Source: a virus (lineage: Duplodnaviria; Heunggongvirae; Uroviricota; Caudoviricetes). From it: a stretch of 19,599 bases of DNA. The position numbers and the translations under genes were made by a program. Below are positions 8,374 through 16,486 of this stretch, piece by piece. Below the pieces are notes generated by a model. The model was not told the DNA's origin. It worked only from the letters and a program-made list of their open reading frames with translations, and searched no databases. Location: positions 1 through 19,599 of the IMG/VR virus record IMGVR_UViG_2617270964_000006. The stretch is one strand, 5' to 3'. The first letter of the stretch is position 1, and the number at the start of each line of letters is the position of its first letter.

Positions 8374-9419
8374 TGAGCAGAAAAAATAAAAAAGTGCGCA
8401 TGAGTTCACGCATTGATCTCGCTGATGCGCTCAGGAAAGAATCATCGCTCAGTGCATTCACTTTTGATGGTCCTTATCGCCTGACCGGGCATGATTTGCT
8501 GGACAATATGTACTGTGCTGATAACGGGCGGTGGTATGAAACCCCGGTGGACTGGTACGGTCTGGCAAGAGCCGCCCGGCAAACGTCCTGGCATCAGTCT
8601 GCGCTTTACTTTAAGCGCAATGTATTGCTCGGTTGCTATATTCCGCACCCGCTGCTTTCCCGGCAGGATTTCTCGGCGCTGGCGCTGGACTGGTTTGTGT
8701 TCGGTAATGCATTCCTTGAGCTTCGAAGCAATATGCTCGGCGAACCGCTTAAATTACGGCACGCCCTGGCGAAATACATGCGACGCGGAAGCGATCTTGA
8801 ATCATGGTGGTATGTGCAGGATGGTAAGGACGCGTTTCAGTTTCGCCCTGGCAAAGTGTGCCACCTGATGAATCCGGATATTAACCAGGAAATCTACGGC
8901 ATGCCGGAATATCTCGGCGCATTACTCTCGGCCAGCCTGTCTCATTCGGCGGACATGTTCAGAAAACTGTACTACGACAACGGATCCCACGCCGGGTGCA
9001 TCATCTACATCGGTGCAGCGCAGGTAAACCGCGAAAGCATGGACTCCCTGAAAGAAACGCTACAGGGGGCACGTGGTGGTGGTGCGTTTAAAAACGTGCT
9101 CATTCATGCGCCCAACGGGGGCAAAGAGGGGGTGCAAATTTTGCCGTTCCAGCAGATCACCGCAAAAGATGAATTCATGAATGTTAAGGCGGCATCCCGT
9201 GATGATGTGCTGGCTGCGCACCGCGTTCCGCCGCAACTGATGGGGGCGATGCCGGGCGAAAAAAGTGCGTTTGGCGATGTGGAGAAGGCAGCGCGGGTTT
9301 ACGCAATTAACGAGCTGATGCCCGTCATGGAGGCTATGAAGCACATCAATGGCTGGCTTGGCGAAGAGGTGATCCGTTTTAACTCTTATGCTCTTCTTGA
9401 TGAAAAAACAGCCCCGTGA
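8373..9419 (+). CDS. Q: P2 gpQ-like portal protein
   Basis: 348 aa, translationally coupled to P; P-then-Q order on one strand, convergent with A, as in P2. Confidence 0.95.
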   Translation: MSRKNKKVRMSSRIDLADALRKESSLSAFTFDGPYRLTGHDLLDNMYCADNGRWYETPVDWYGLARAARQTSWHQSALYFKRNVLLGCYIPHPLLSRQDFSALALDWFVFGNAFLELRSNMLGEPLKLRHALAKYMRRGSDLESWWYVQDGKDAFQFRPGKVCHLMNPDINQEIYGMPEYLGALLSASLSHSADMFRKLYYDNGSHAGCIIYIGAAQVNRESMDSLKETLQGARGGGAFKNVLIHAPNGGKEGVQILPFQQITAKDEFMNVKAASRDDVLAAHRVPPQLMGAMPGEKSAFGDVEKAARVYAINELMPVMEAMKHINGWLGEEVIRFNSYALLDEKTAP

Positions 9420-9436
9420 TGGGGCTGTCCTTTTTA
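9402..9436. terminator. bidirectional intrinsic terminator between Q and the convergent 174-aa gene
   Basis: Stem ACAGCCCC (9408-9415) / GGGGCTGT (9421-9428), loop GTGAT, flanked by an A-run on one side and TTTTT on the other, so a U-tract follows the stem on either strand. Confidence 0.6.
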
Positions 9437-9958
9437 CCAGAGTTGAACCATTTTCTGGGTGCCGTCAGGCTTGAGATTATCAATTTCAGAGAGAACGTAA
9501 TATTGAATGGCTTCACAAACGGTGGTGTAGGGTGAATTACCTTCTTTAAGTGGCACGATATTATTATTAACGCGAACCTGTATTTCATCGTTATACATTG
9601 CGATCGAAACAGGAGTGTGCACGAACGCGACTTCGCCAGGTGTGTCGTCAACCACCGTTTCAATACTAAAAGTCAGTTTTCGCTCATCATTGCTGCCCCG
9701 TGCTTTGGGGGTAGCGGCAGGGATCTGGGATAAAGGCATTCTGCGAAATCCTTCGGCTGCTTCCAGTCCGCATGAAACGTAATGCTGGCGATTACCGTCG
9801 CTATCTGTCCAGGTCTGTGATGGCAGCTCCAGCGAGATTTCATAAGCATCAACAATGCCCTGGGCAAGGCGCACAAGCGGGGTCAGATCTTCATTGCGGC
9901 GAAAGCTCTCCTTTACCTGCTCCCGTTTTTCTCTTAACTGCTTGTAATTAATGACCAT
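9434..9958 (-). CDS. hypothetical protein (174 aa), orphan cargo gene next to the portal gene
   Basis: ATG at 9958 preceded by GGAGG 9 nt upstream; MVINYKQLREKREQVKESFRR...; no motif I recognise; composition visibly more AT-rich than the flanking structural genes. Confidence 0.6.
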   Translation of the reverse strand: MVINYKQLREKREQVKESFRRNEDLTPLVRLAQGIVDAYEISLELPSQTWTDSDGNRQHYVSCGLEAAEGFRRMPLSQIPAATPKARGSNDERKLTFSIETVVDDTPGEVAFVHTPVSIAMYNDEIQVRVNNNIVPLKEGNSPYTTVCEAIQYYVLSEIDNLKPDGTQKMVQLW

Positions 9959-10057
9959 AAGACAGCCTCCATTGATTTCTTTGCTCGTATTTTGCACTTA
10001 TGAAGTATGGTCGGCAAGGTGCCGTATCGCTGACGCGCTTCGCTTGTCTGCTGCTTC

Positions 10058-10086
10058 GCCGGGGCATAAAAAATTTATGCCCCGGC
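10058..10086. repeat. perfect 13-bp inverted repeat with 3-nt spacer
   Basis: GCCGGGGCATAAA-aaa-TTTATGCCCCGGC; no U-tract on either side, so a protein-binding palindrome or structural element rather than a terminator. Confidence 0.5.
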
Positions 10087-10385
10087 TCTCCAGCTCCTGT
10101 ATCAATCAGATAATTTCACGACGCCTTCCAGTTTATCGCCACCATCGACGGTCAGACTCTTACGCAATTCCACCGCGTTGACTGTATGTTCTCGCTGCCT
10201 CAGTGCGATTTTGACGGCCTTACCTTTCACCCCATCAAATCAAAAGCCCTCACGCCTTTTTCATGCTCAGCGTGAGAAATATGGCCATTCTGTTGTGTCT
10301 CTGCGACATCGTTCAGGGAATGCTATTTACCCCCTGAAACGCGGGCTGTTCCCCCGTCACCTGCGCGCAGAAAAAATGCGTTTTT

Positions 10386-10491
10386 TTGTGCACGCACGGA
10401 TCCTTGACGGATCCAGCCACCATGCGGGCTGGAAGGGTAAAAAGTCGTTCAAAAAAATTGTGCAAATTTGTGCACAATTGTGCATTGCGCA
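10386..10491. repeat. array of TTGTGCA heptamers with embedded palindromes
   Basis: TTGTGCA at 10386, 10458, 10468, 10478 (last three phased at exactly 10 bp); the latter two lie in the perfect palindrome TGCACAATTGTGCA (10471-10484); also GGATCC-TTGAC-GGATCC (10398-10414). Confidence 0.5.
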
Positions 10492-10507
10492 CTTGTTATA
10501 AATAAAC

Positions 10508-10532
10508 AAAAAAAGAGCCGCTATTGCGGCTC
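10508..10532 (-). terminator. intrinsic terminator of the HTH-peptidase/PIN operon
   Basis: Stem GAGCCGC / GCGGCTC, loop TATT; on the minus strand followed by TTTTTTT; about 35 nt downstream of the PIN stop. Confidence 0.65.
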
Positions 10533-10565
10533 AATATAATCCAATATGGCAAGAGAGATTTGGAT

Positions 10566-11084
10566 TCATTCGAAACTGGCAAGAATCTGTTCTCGAACAG
10601 AAGATTTCATCGTTAACCCACGATCTAGGAAAAATTGGAAATGCATTAAGGCTTGTTGTTTGTGGATAAGTCTCCTGTGCACAGCCTCTTGAAGTAGCCC
10701 TCCGTGGCGGGCGGCTTTTACACCGCGTTCCGCACACGTTTTATAAACCGCATTATCCGCCGAAAGACATGTTGCATCATGTATTCTCGCGTTAACAACG
10801 CAGCTTATGTCCGCATACTTCAATGCTCTCCTGCGATTTTTTATCTCAGCCATTTCAATAAAATGTTCAGGTTCGTAATCATTGGTGAAATTGTATGGAA
10901 GTTGCAGGCGTGTAAGCTGTTCCTGAACATCAAGATTGTATTTAGCTTTTAGTTCCTCGCAGACATAGGGGTCAATCCACACACCACCCGGGTAAATTTG
11001 CCAGATAAGATCTAAGCATTTACCTTCGTAAAAATCAGACAGTACATTCGTATCGATAACACATCTGGGGCATTCAAACGGCAT
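10566..11084 (-). CDS. PIN-like nuclease domain protein (candidate toxin/effector)
   Basis: ATG at 11084 with AGGAGG RBS, overlapping the upstream gene's end by 11 nt. MPFECPRCVIDTNVLSDFYEG... has the PIN strand-1 motif (V-I-D-T-N-V-L) and further acidic residues (CEEL, YADIS, IHDAT). About 172 aa. Confidence 0.6.
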   Translation of the reverse strand: MPFECPRCVIDTNVLSDFYEGKCLDLIWQIYPGGVWIDPYVCEELKAKYNLDVQEQLTRLQLPYNFTNDYEPEHFIEMAEIKNRRRALKYADISCVVNARIHDATCLSADNAVYKTCAERGVKAARHGGLLQEAVHRRLIHKQQALMHFQFFLDRGLTMKSSVREQILASFE

Positions 11085-12219
11085 CCTCTCCGGCCTCCTG
11101 TTCGTCGTACCATTCATCCAGAAGATTGCTGAGAGCTTTTCTGTCTAATTCTAAAAGTTCAGATATGAAGGTTTCCGACGCGGAACCGGCTTCCCATGCT
11201 TTACGCGATAAGACGGTTAGGCGGCCTTTATAATTTAGTGCTTCCCTAATGGGATTTGGCTCGTGTCTCTTCCAACCTTTACGATTGGCGGTTGCCCATA
11301 GGTATCTAGTGTTTTGTTGATTAATTAAATTACATTTACTAAGACGATCGATGATGCAAGTGGCTGATACTCTGAAAATGCTTTTTAGTCTAAGGACGGT
11401 TTCCTCATACGCCCATCCACCACCTTGCATGACGAATTGTTTTCGCAATGCGCTTTCTGGTACCAAAAAACAAGCAGCAAAGTGATTAGCAACTTTTTCT
11501 TCCGGTGAAATTGCTTTGCCATTGGTTTTATAGCTTTTAGCAGGGCCATCATACTCATCACGGTGGAAGATAAGATGAGCATATTCATGGCAAATACTGA
11601 AGATTTGACGTTCTATTGAAATGCTATCGTGAACATTTACATAAATCGCGGTACCGTATTTGTTCGAAAACGCAGAAAATCCGAATACCATCCCTTTATC
11701 AGTTTCTTCGCGATTGAACGGGATTACTCGAATATCCGATGCTTCCAAAATGGCTACAATGTCACCAACGCAAGTAGCGTTTCCTATACCAAGACGGAAA
11801 CGTTCTTCCATAGCCTTATCTTCGACTCTTCGCAAATCTTCTGCTTTGGCGGTAAAAATAGGCATTGAGTTAGGAAGATCTTCTGGCAAATTAGCATCTG
11901 CAGCTTCCTCAATTGCATTGATATTTTTTAACTTTTCAATCAACTCATTGCGAAGTTTGGCATCCAACAAATCCGGACTATCTGCTCGCATTGCAAAACG
12001 AAACTCGCCATCATCTTGCTCATAAAAATACCCGATAGGCTTATCGAAAATCTTGCAGAGCATGATGAGTTGGGTAACGCTTGGGACGCCTAGCGCCTGC
12101 TCAAACTTACTGTAGGTTTGACGAACAACACCGATCGCATCTGCGACGGCGCTTGCACTCATTCCTGCGTCGTTTCTGGCCTGAACCAAGCGTTCTGCTA
12201 TACGCTGTTGAATGTTCAT
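11074..12219 (-). CDS. XRE-family HTH fused to ImmA/IrrE-type (M78, COG2856) zinc metallopeptidase
   Basis: 381 aa; N-terminal HTH (RIAERLVQARNDAGMSASAVADAIGVVRQTYSKFEQ); HEXXH zinc site in SICHEYAHLIFH; AGGTGA RBS; AT-rich coding sequence. Confidence 0.85.
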   Translation of the reverse strand: MNIQQRIAERLVQARNDAGMSASAVADAIGVVRQTYSKFEQALGVPSVTQLIMLCKIFDKPIGYFYEQDDGEFRFAMRADSPDLLDAKLRNELIEKLKNINAIEEAADANLPEDLPNSMPIFTAKAEDLRRVEDKAMEERFRLGIGNATCVGDIVAILEASDIRVIPFNREETDKGMVFGFSAFSNKYGTAIYVNVHDSISIERQIFSICHEYAHLIFHRDEYDGPAKSYKTNGKAISPEEKVANHFAACFLVPESALRKQFVMQGGGWAYEETVLRLKSIFRVSATCIIDRLSKCNLINQQNTRYLWATANRKGWKRHEPNPIREALNYKGRLTVLSRKAWEAGSASETFISELLELDRKALSNLLDEWYDEQEAGEDAV

Positions 12220-12340
12220 ACGTCACCTGAATTTAACAATGGTGGCTCTTATGGGTTTAGATTGGTTAATTATTACTAACATTATGAATGGAGAGTTGCA
12301 AAAATCATAGTTAAATTATGCAAATTTCATGGAGCGTGAT
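12220..12340 (-). promoter_or_regulatory. AT-rich upstream region of the HTH-peptidase operon (putative sigma70 promoter/operator)
   Basis: Read on the minus strand: TTGCAA-17 nt-TAGTAAT candidate -35/-10, plus TTGCA/TGCAA partial inverted repeats. No experimental support. Confidence 0.3.
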
Positions 12341-12447
12341 GTGGTGTGGGTTCACACTCTCTGCTGATTACATCTAGGGCGGTTTCCGCCCTGGCTCTGC
12401 TTACTCAGGAAATAGCGCCCGGATATTTCCGGCCATCTGACTGGTTA

Positions 12448-12552
12448 TCTGTGCGGTTGGTACTGGCTGTGACACGGGGCGTTCTGTCCTGGGCCGTTCT
12501 CAGTCCATGCCAGCTTGATGTTGGTGGAGCCGTCATCGATACAAATTTTCAT
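12448..12552 (-). pseudogene. 34-codon remnant resembling the N-terminus of a ParM/StbA-like actin ATPase
   Basis: MKICIDDGSTNIKLAWTENG... versus the R1 ParM start MLVFIDDGSTNIKLQW as I recall it; AAGGAAAA RBS; in-frame TAA after 34 codons, with no continuation in any frame. Confidence 0.4.
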
Positions 12553-12583
12553 GTCGCTTTTCCTTATGTTGATTAATTAATCG

Positions 12584-12693
12584 TTTACGGGATTCTGAAA
12601 TCCCGTTTTCGCCTGTTTTGCGCGCGCTTCATATATCGCGGCGCGTTTTTTGCTCATTTACGGGATTTGTGAATCCCGTTTCTGTCTGTTTTT
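12584..12693. repeat. duplicated ~37-bp hairpin elements at the 3' end of gene A
   Basis: Copy 1 12584-12619 TTTACGGGATTCTGAAATCCCGTTTTCGCCTGTTTT; copy 2 12657-12693 TTTACGGGATTTGTGAATCCCGTTTCTGTCTGTTTTT (overlaps the last A codons); between them a GC-clamped AT-core hairpin followed by TTTTTT. Confidence 0.5.
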
Positions 12694-15450
12694 GTTTCCA
12701 CTGGTCAGGACACCCCGCAGCAGGTCTGCTTTGCGGCGGGCGCGTTCAGTGGTTTCACTGATTCTCTGTGCGTGCTCTGCGTCACGGATGGCGCGCAGCA
12801 TGTCAGAAAGCACGGTAACGGGAGTTTTCATGGTGTTCTGGTCCTGCTGAATTGTGGATGCCAGGCGTGCAGCGGCTTCAGGGTCTGATGCCCCGAGCTG
12901 TTTCAGATAGCTGGAAATCGGGTTATGGCGGATTTCCGTGCTGTTTACGCCGTGATTACGGCTCAGGCGCTGCCAGAGCTGCGTGATTCGGCTGTCCGGT
13001 CGGGTATCTGGTTTGCGTACAATTTCAAATCCCTGCGGTGCAATGATGCTGCCGTCAACGTACAGACTGCCGCCTCGTAACAGGTGCTGCATCTGCTGTT
13101 CACCGATATGCAGGCCGAGAGATTCGGCAGATTCCCGCCATTCTTTAGCGAGTAATTCGTGGTTATCAGGCAAAGGCCGCTGATGTTTGCGGCTCTGTGT
13201 CCAGCTCTGCATTTCATCGCTGCTGTTTTTTGTCTGTTTGTCACGAAGCGAACGCATCAGCGCCCGGCGTTCGTGTCGTTTCAGTGAGCGCATCCATTCG
13301 TTCACTTCAACGCCGTCAGGGAGCTGCGGCCACGGTGCTGGCCGTTCTTCCGGCTGTTCTGTCCCGTTGTTGTCCGTTTCCTGTACACGGGGACAGTTAT
13401 TGCCACGAGTCCAAGGGGCGGCAGGGCCGCCCTGAAGGTCAAAACCATTTTCGCGGGAGCTATCTTCCGCTTCCGGTTTGCGTCTTACCAGCTTCCAGTT
13501 ATCCGGATGCGTGCATACGCGGGAAGACTCCCCGATGAGCGGCGACCAGATCCCGTAAATCTGTACACTCTGCTCACCGTAATCGTTCAGTTCATCTGCG
13601 AGGTCGTAGGCGGTGCGAATCAGGTAGTCTTTGCGTGGAACAAGCACGCCACCCTGTTTTTCAATGTAGGTGGCAAAACACCCGGCATCAGCGGCAGCGA
13701 GTACCGCATCCATTGCGTCATCCTTCAGCCGTTGCGGGCCTTCCGGGTTGCGTGCCATCTGGCTGGCAAGGCGGCGCAGTTCACGCCACACCTGACGGGA
13801 GGGGATACCAAAGAACTGGAACTGGCGGATTCGGTGAAGGCGCGCCCAGCCGATGGCGCGTTCCACGCTCTCGGCCATTGATTTTCCGGTTTCGTGGTCA
13901 ACGCGTGGCTTGCCCGTTTTCGGGTCGATGCCATCCACGGCGCGGCTGTCCAGGTTCTTTCCGATGTAGGTGGCGATGTAGCTGGTTGGCGTGCCTTTTG
14001 AGCCGTCGACGTACTCCGCCTTAAAACGCGGAGTTATGTCATCGCCCAGCTCGTGGCGGTCTTCCTGAATGGCAATATCGCAGACGTGGGACACGATGGT
14101 TTCAATCTCGTCCGGATGTGCAAAGACCATCATATGCCAGTGCACAGTGCCGTCATGGTGAGGCTCCACCGTGCGGATGCCATACCAGCGCAGACCGTCG
14201 CGGTTCAGTTTTTTGCGGACCGCCGCAAAAAACGTGTTAACCAGATAATCGCTGGAGTCGCGCATGGTGGCCCCGTTCCATTTGGGGTTCGGATGACCGT
14301 TCTCTGTTGTAGCGTGGTATTTTGACGGGCAGGTGACAGTCAGAAACACCGCTCTGTCGCCACGGGCTTCGGCCAGAAGTTCCAGCCCCTTCATGGTGGC
14401 CATCATTTCTGCCTTACGGTGAACCGGGTTACTTACTCCCGCGTAATACACTGTCTCGAGATCAATCGTGAACCCGTCTTCGTTTTCCAGCATGAAACTT
14501 TTCAGGAAATCGCGTGTTTTCTCGCGCTGTGCGCGAAACTCGCTTAACGCGTCCTGGCTCAGATAGGGCGATGTTTTTCTGGAAACCAGACAGGCGGCGC
14601 GGAGTTGTTCTTCTCTCCACTCGCAACGTAACAGCCACAGTTTGCGTTTCCACCATTCCGCACAGGTCAGGCGAAGGATTGCGCCCGGCAGCAGTTCTGT
14701 GTCCGGTTCGTTCCTCCGGTCTTTGTCTGTTGTCAGTGCGTCATAATGCGGAGGCATGGCGTGCAAGTGTAACGCCATGCGGGCCAGCATCTGATACGCC
14801 TTCAGCGTTACATCCATGGTCAGCTCGCCATCAGTCGCGCCAAAACCATCGCAGAGTTTTTCGAAGGTGCTGCTGAACATCGCCGCCGTCATGGTGGCCA
14901 GCGTCTGTATCTGGTGTTTGTTGAGTTGCGGCAGGGAAAGCAAATCGTCCAGGCGTTCACGTCCGGCAAGGGACCGATAACCCGGTGTCAGCCAACGGCT
15001 GTCGGTGCGGTCCAGACGTACGAATATTTTGCGCAGGGTTCCGCGTGCATAGCGTTCCGCCTGCCAGCTCTTTTTGCCTTTCCGGCGATCGGCTTCCTGT
15101 TTTTTGCGCAGGAAGGAGAGGTGGCGAATAAGCGGATCGCGCAGATAGGACGGCAGCAGGCGCAGCGAGGCCATGGCTTCATCCACCGCGCCACGTGCCT
15201 GTTTTCTGGCTTCTCTGGCCAGTGTGATGGTTTTGTCCTGTTTTTCCTGTGCGTCCAGGCTTTTATTAATCAGGTTGCCCAGCGGCGTGGCGGAGAACGC
15301 CGCATCAGCCATTTCCTGGCGGCGCTCGTTCTCTGCCCGGTAGGCATCCAGCCAGGAGGAAAGCTCGGATTCAGGAGCGGGGATTCCCGTTCCTTCACGA
15401 CCCACTGCGTGGCGCGGTTGTTGCCAGTCCCTGATGTACTCTGCCGTCAT
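12658..15450 (-). CDS. A: P2 gpA-like rolling-circle replication initiator (HUH endonuclease)
   Basis: 930 aa; HUH motif in VEPHHDGTVHWHMMVF; convergent with Q across the cargo locus, as in P2. Longer than the ~760 aa I recall for P2 A, implying an extra C-terminal region. Confidence 0.9.
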   Translation of the reverse strand: MTAEYIRDWQQPRHAVGREGTGIPAPESELSSWLDAYRAENERRQEMADAAFSATPLGNLINKSLDAQEKQDKTITLAREARKQARGAVDEAMASLRLLPSYLRDPLIRHLSFLRKKQEADRRKGKKSWQAERYARGTLRKIFVRLDRTDSRWLTPGYRSLAGRERLDDLLSLPQLNKHQIQTLATMTAAMFSSTFEKLCDGFGATDGELTMDVTLKAYQMLARMALHLHAMPPHYDALTTDKDRRNEPDTELLPGAILRLTCAEWWKRKLWLLRCEWREEQLRAACLVSRKTSPYLSQDALSEFRAQREKTRDFLKSFMLENEDGFTIDLETVYYAGVSNPVHRKAEMMATMKGLELLAEARGDRAVFLTVTCPSKYHATTENGHPNPKWNGATMRDSSDYLVNTFFAAVRKKLNRDGLRWYGIRTVEPHHDGTVHWHMMVFAHPDEIETIVSHVCDIAIQEDRHELGDDITPRFKAEYVDGSKGTPTSYIATYIGKNLDSRAVDGIDPKTGKPRVDHETGKSMAESVERAIGWARLHRIRQFQFFGIPSRQVWRELRRLASQMARNPEGPQRLKDDAMDAVLAAADAGCFATYIEKQGGVLVPRKDYLIRTAYDLADELNDYGEQSVQIYGIWSPLIGESSRVCTHPDNWKLVRRKPEAEDSSRENGFDLQGGPAAPWTRGNNCPRVQETDNNGTEQPEERPAPWPQLPDGVEVNEWMRSLKRHERRALMRSLRDKQTKNSSDEMQSWTQSRKHQRPLPDNHELLAKEWRESAESLGLHIGEQQMQHLLRGGSLYVDGSIIAPQGFEIVRKPDTRPDSRITQLWQRLSRNHGVNSTEIRHNPISSYLKQLGASDPEAAARLASTIQQDQNTMKTPVTVLSDMLRAIRDAEHAQRISETTERARRKADLLRGVLTSGNKNRQKRDSQIP

Positions 15451-15456
15451 AGTGAT

Positions 15457-15822
15457 TTACTTCGTCATGCCATTCAGGGTGTCGCGGCAGACTGTAGCCA
15501 GCCGCTGAATTTCCAGCACGGTGTCTTCTGTGTCGGCATGGCGATGTGTGATGCGGATGCTGTCGGCAATCACATCGACGATTGCAGAGGATGGGCGCTG
15601 GTAAATGCCAATAACGGACGGGGTGCCACCTTCAATGCGGTAAAGCCTGTAATTTTCCTCATGGCTGTCAATCATGTAGCGACCATCAATAACAATCTTT
15701 CCGTCAGCGAGCTGCGGTACAGGCAGGGATTTCAGGTACATGTCATAACGATCACGCACGCGAGCGGCAAGATCACGTTCTGTGTTGAGCAGGTATTCAA
15801 GAAAGTCGTTGGCGAGAATCAT
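15457..15822 (-). CDS. hypothetical early-operon protein (121 aa)
   Basis: ATG with AGAGGA RBS; ends 6 nt before the A start. Confidence 0.55.
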   Translation of the reverse strand: MILANDFLEYLLNTERDLAARVRDRYDMYLKSLPVPQLADGKIVIDGRYMIDSHEENYRLYRIEGGTPSVIGIYQRPSSAIVDVIADSIRITHRHADTEDTVLEIQRLATVCRDTLNGMTK

Positions 15823-15894
15823 TGCGGCAATCCTCTTGCTACAGATGTGCGAAGGCCTCCCGCCGCAAGGTGCAGGAAAGGCCTGGAACAGGAA

Positions 15895-16125
15895 TTAATG
15901 GAGTTTGTTTTGCTGCTGGATGAGCTGCTGAAGCTCGCGCAGATCATCCGCCAGATAGCTGAAAACAGAGGCGGAATAAATGTTTGATAGTGCGTGGCTG
16001 CGCTCATGCAGCATATTGATGTGCATGATTTGCGCGACGCGTGATGCGCGGAAAAGTCTGCGGTTGATTTCAGTCTGGATGTGACGACGCTCCGCGATAG
16101 CGCGGTGCTGTTTGCGGTTTGCCAT
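15895..16125 (-). CDS. hypothetical early-operon protein (76 aa, basic N-terminus)
   Basis: ATG with AGAGAGG RBS; MANRKQHRAIAERRHIQTEINRR...; no recognisable motif. Confidence 0.5.
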   Translation of the reverse strand: MANRKQHRAIAERRHIQTEINRRLFRASRVAQIMHINMLHERSHALSNIYSASVFSYLADDLRELQQLIQQQNKLH

Positions 16126-16302
16126 GATGTGGCCTCTCTGTTAGTTAGTTTTGAAAACTCACCATCCAGAGGTTCCAAGCTCGGGGTGGTGAGACGTACA
16201 GGGTTGGAACTACCGGCTAACAGAGGACCCGGCCCAGCTGATGCTGGCCCTGTACGCCCCACCATAATTCTGACGCGAAAAAGACGTGGCGATACGGCAC
16301 GC

Positions 16303-16325
16303 ACAAAAAAACCGCTGGCGCGGTT
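16303..16325 (-). terminator. intrinsic terminator-like hairpin
   Basis: AACCGC-TGGC-GCGGTT (16310-16325); on the minus strand followed by TTTTTTT (16309-16303). Confidence 0.45.
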
Positions 16326-16443
16326 GTGCGCTCTGTTAGTCTGCGGGGTTCCAATCCCGGCACCCGTTTTATGAGGTGCAGCGGAAATGTAACCTGACTG
16401 ATTGCGGCATGGCAAGCGGTTTTTTTGTGAGAACGGCATACTA

Positions 16444-16486
16444 AAAAATCCTGATACTGCTCCGGCCAGCGGTTTTCACTGGCCGG
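16444..16486 (-). terminator. hairpin downstream of the SPFH gene stop
   Basis: CCGGCCAG (16462-16469) / CTGGCCGG (16479-16486) with 9-nt loop; T-run (16449-16444) 12 nt further on the minus strand. Confidence 0.4.

Noticed and set aside
9951-10501. Two plus-strand ORFs (76 and 107 aa) in the repeat-rich interval
   Set aside because: No convincing RBS and basic low-complexity translations; the region is dominated by palindromes and heptamer repeats and is more likely regulatory or packaging DNA.
12346-12576. 76-aa plus-strand ORF
   Set aside because: Antisense to the RBS-supported ParM-like fragment and lacks its own RBS.
9420-12657. Attempt to place a P2-type cos site by eye
   Set aside because: Only a weak resemblance near 10340-10360 (TTCCCCCGTCACC); no match to the 19-nt cohesive-end sequences I recall for P2 or 186. 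Needs alignment or physical end mapping.
14914-15987. 357-aa plus-strand ORF overlapping gene A and the 121-aa gene
   Set aside because: Antisense to the HUH replication initiator, whose motifs are unambiguous; no RBS and no recognisable domain.
16340-16365. tRNA-like T-arm resemblance (GGGGTTCCAATCCCGGCACC) as a possible att site
   Set aside because: No acceptor or anticodon stem can be built around it and the GTTCGAATCC consensus is not matched.
15819-16439. 206-aa minus-strand ORF spanning the 76-aa gene and the non-coding spacer
   Set aside because: Out of frame with the RBS-supported 76-aa gene it overlaps; Ser/Pro/Ala-rich with a poly-Ser run; better explained as non-coding spacer.
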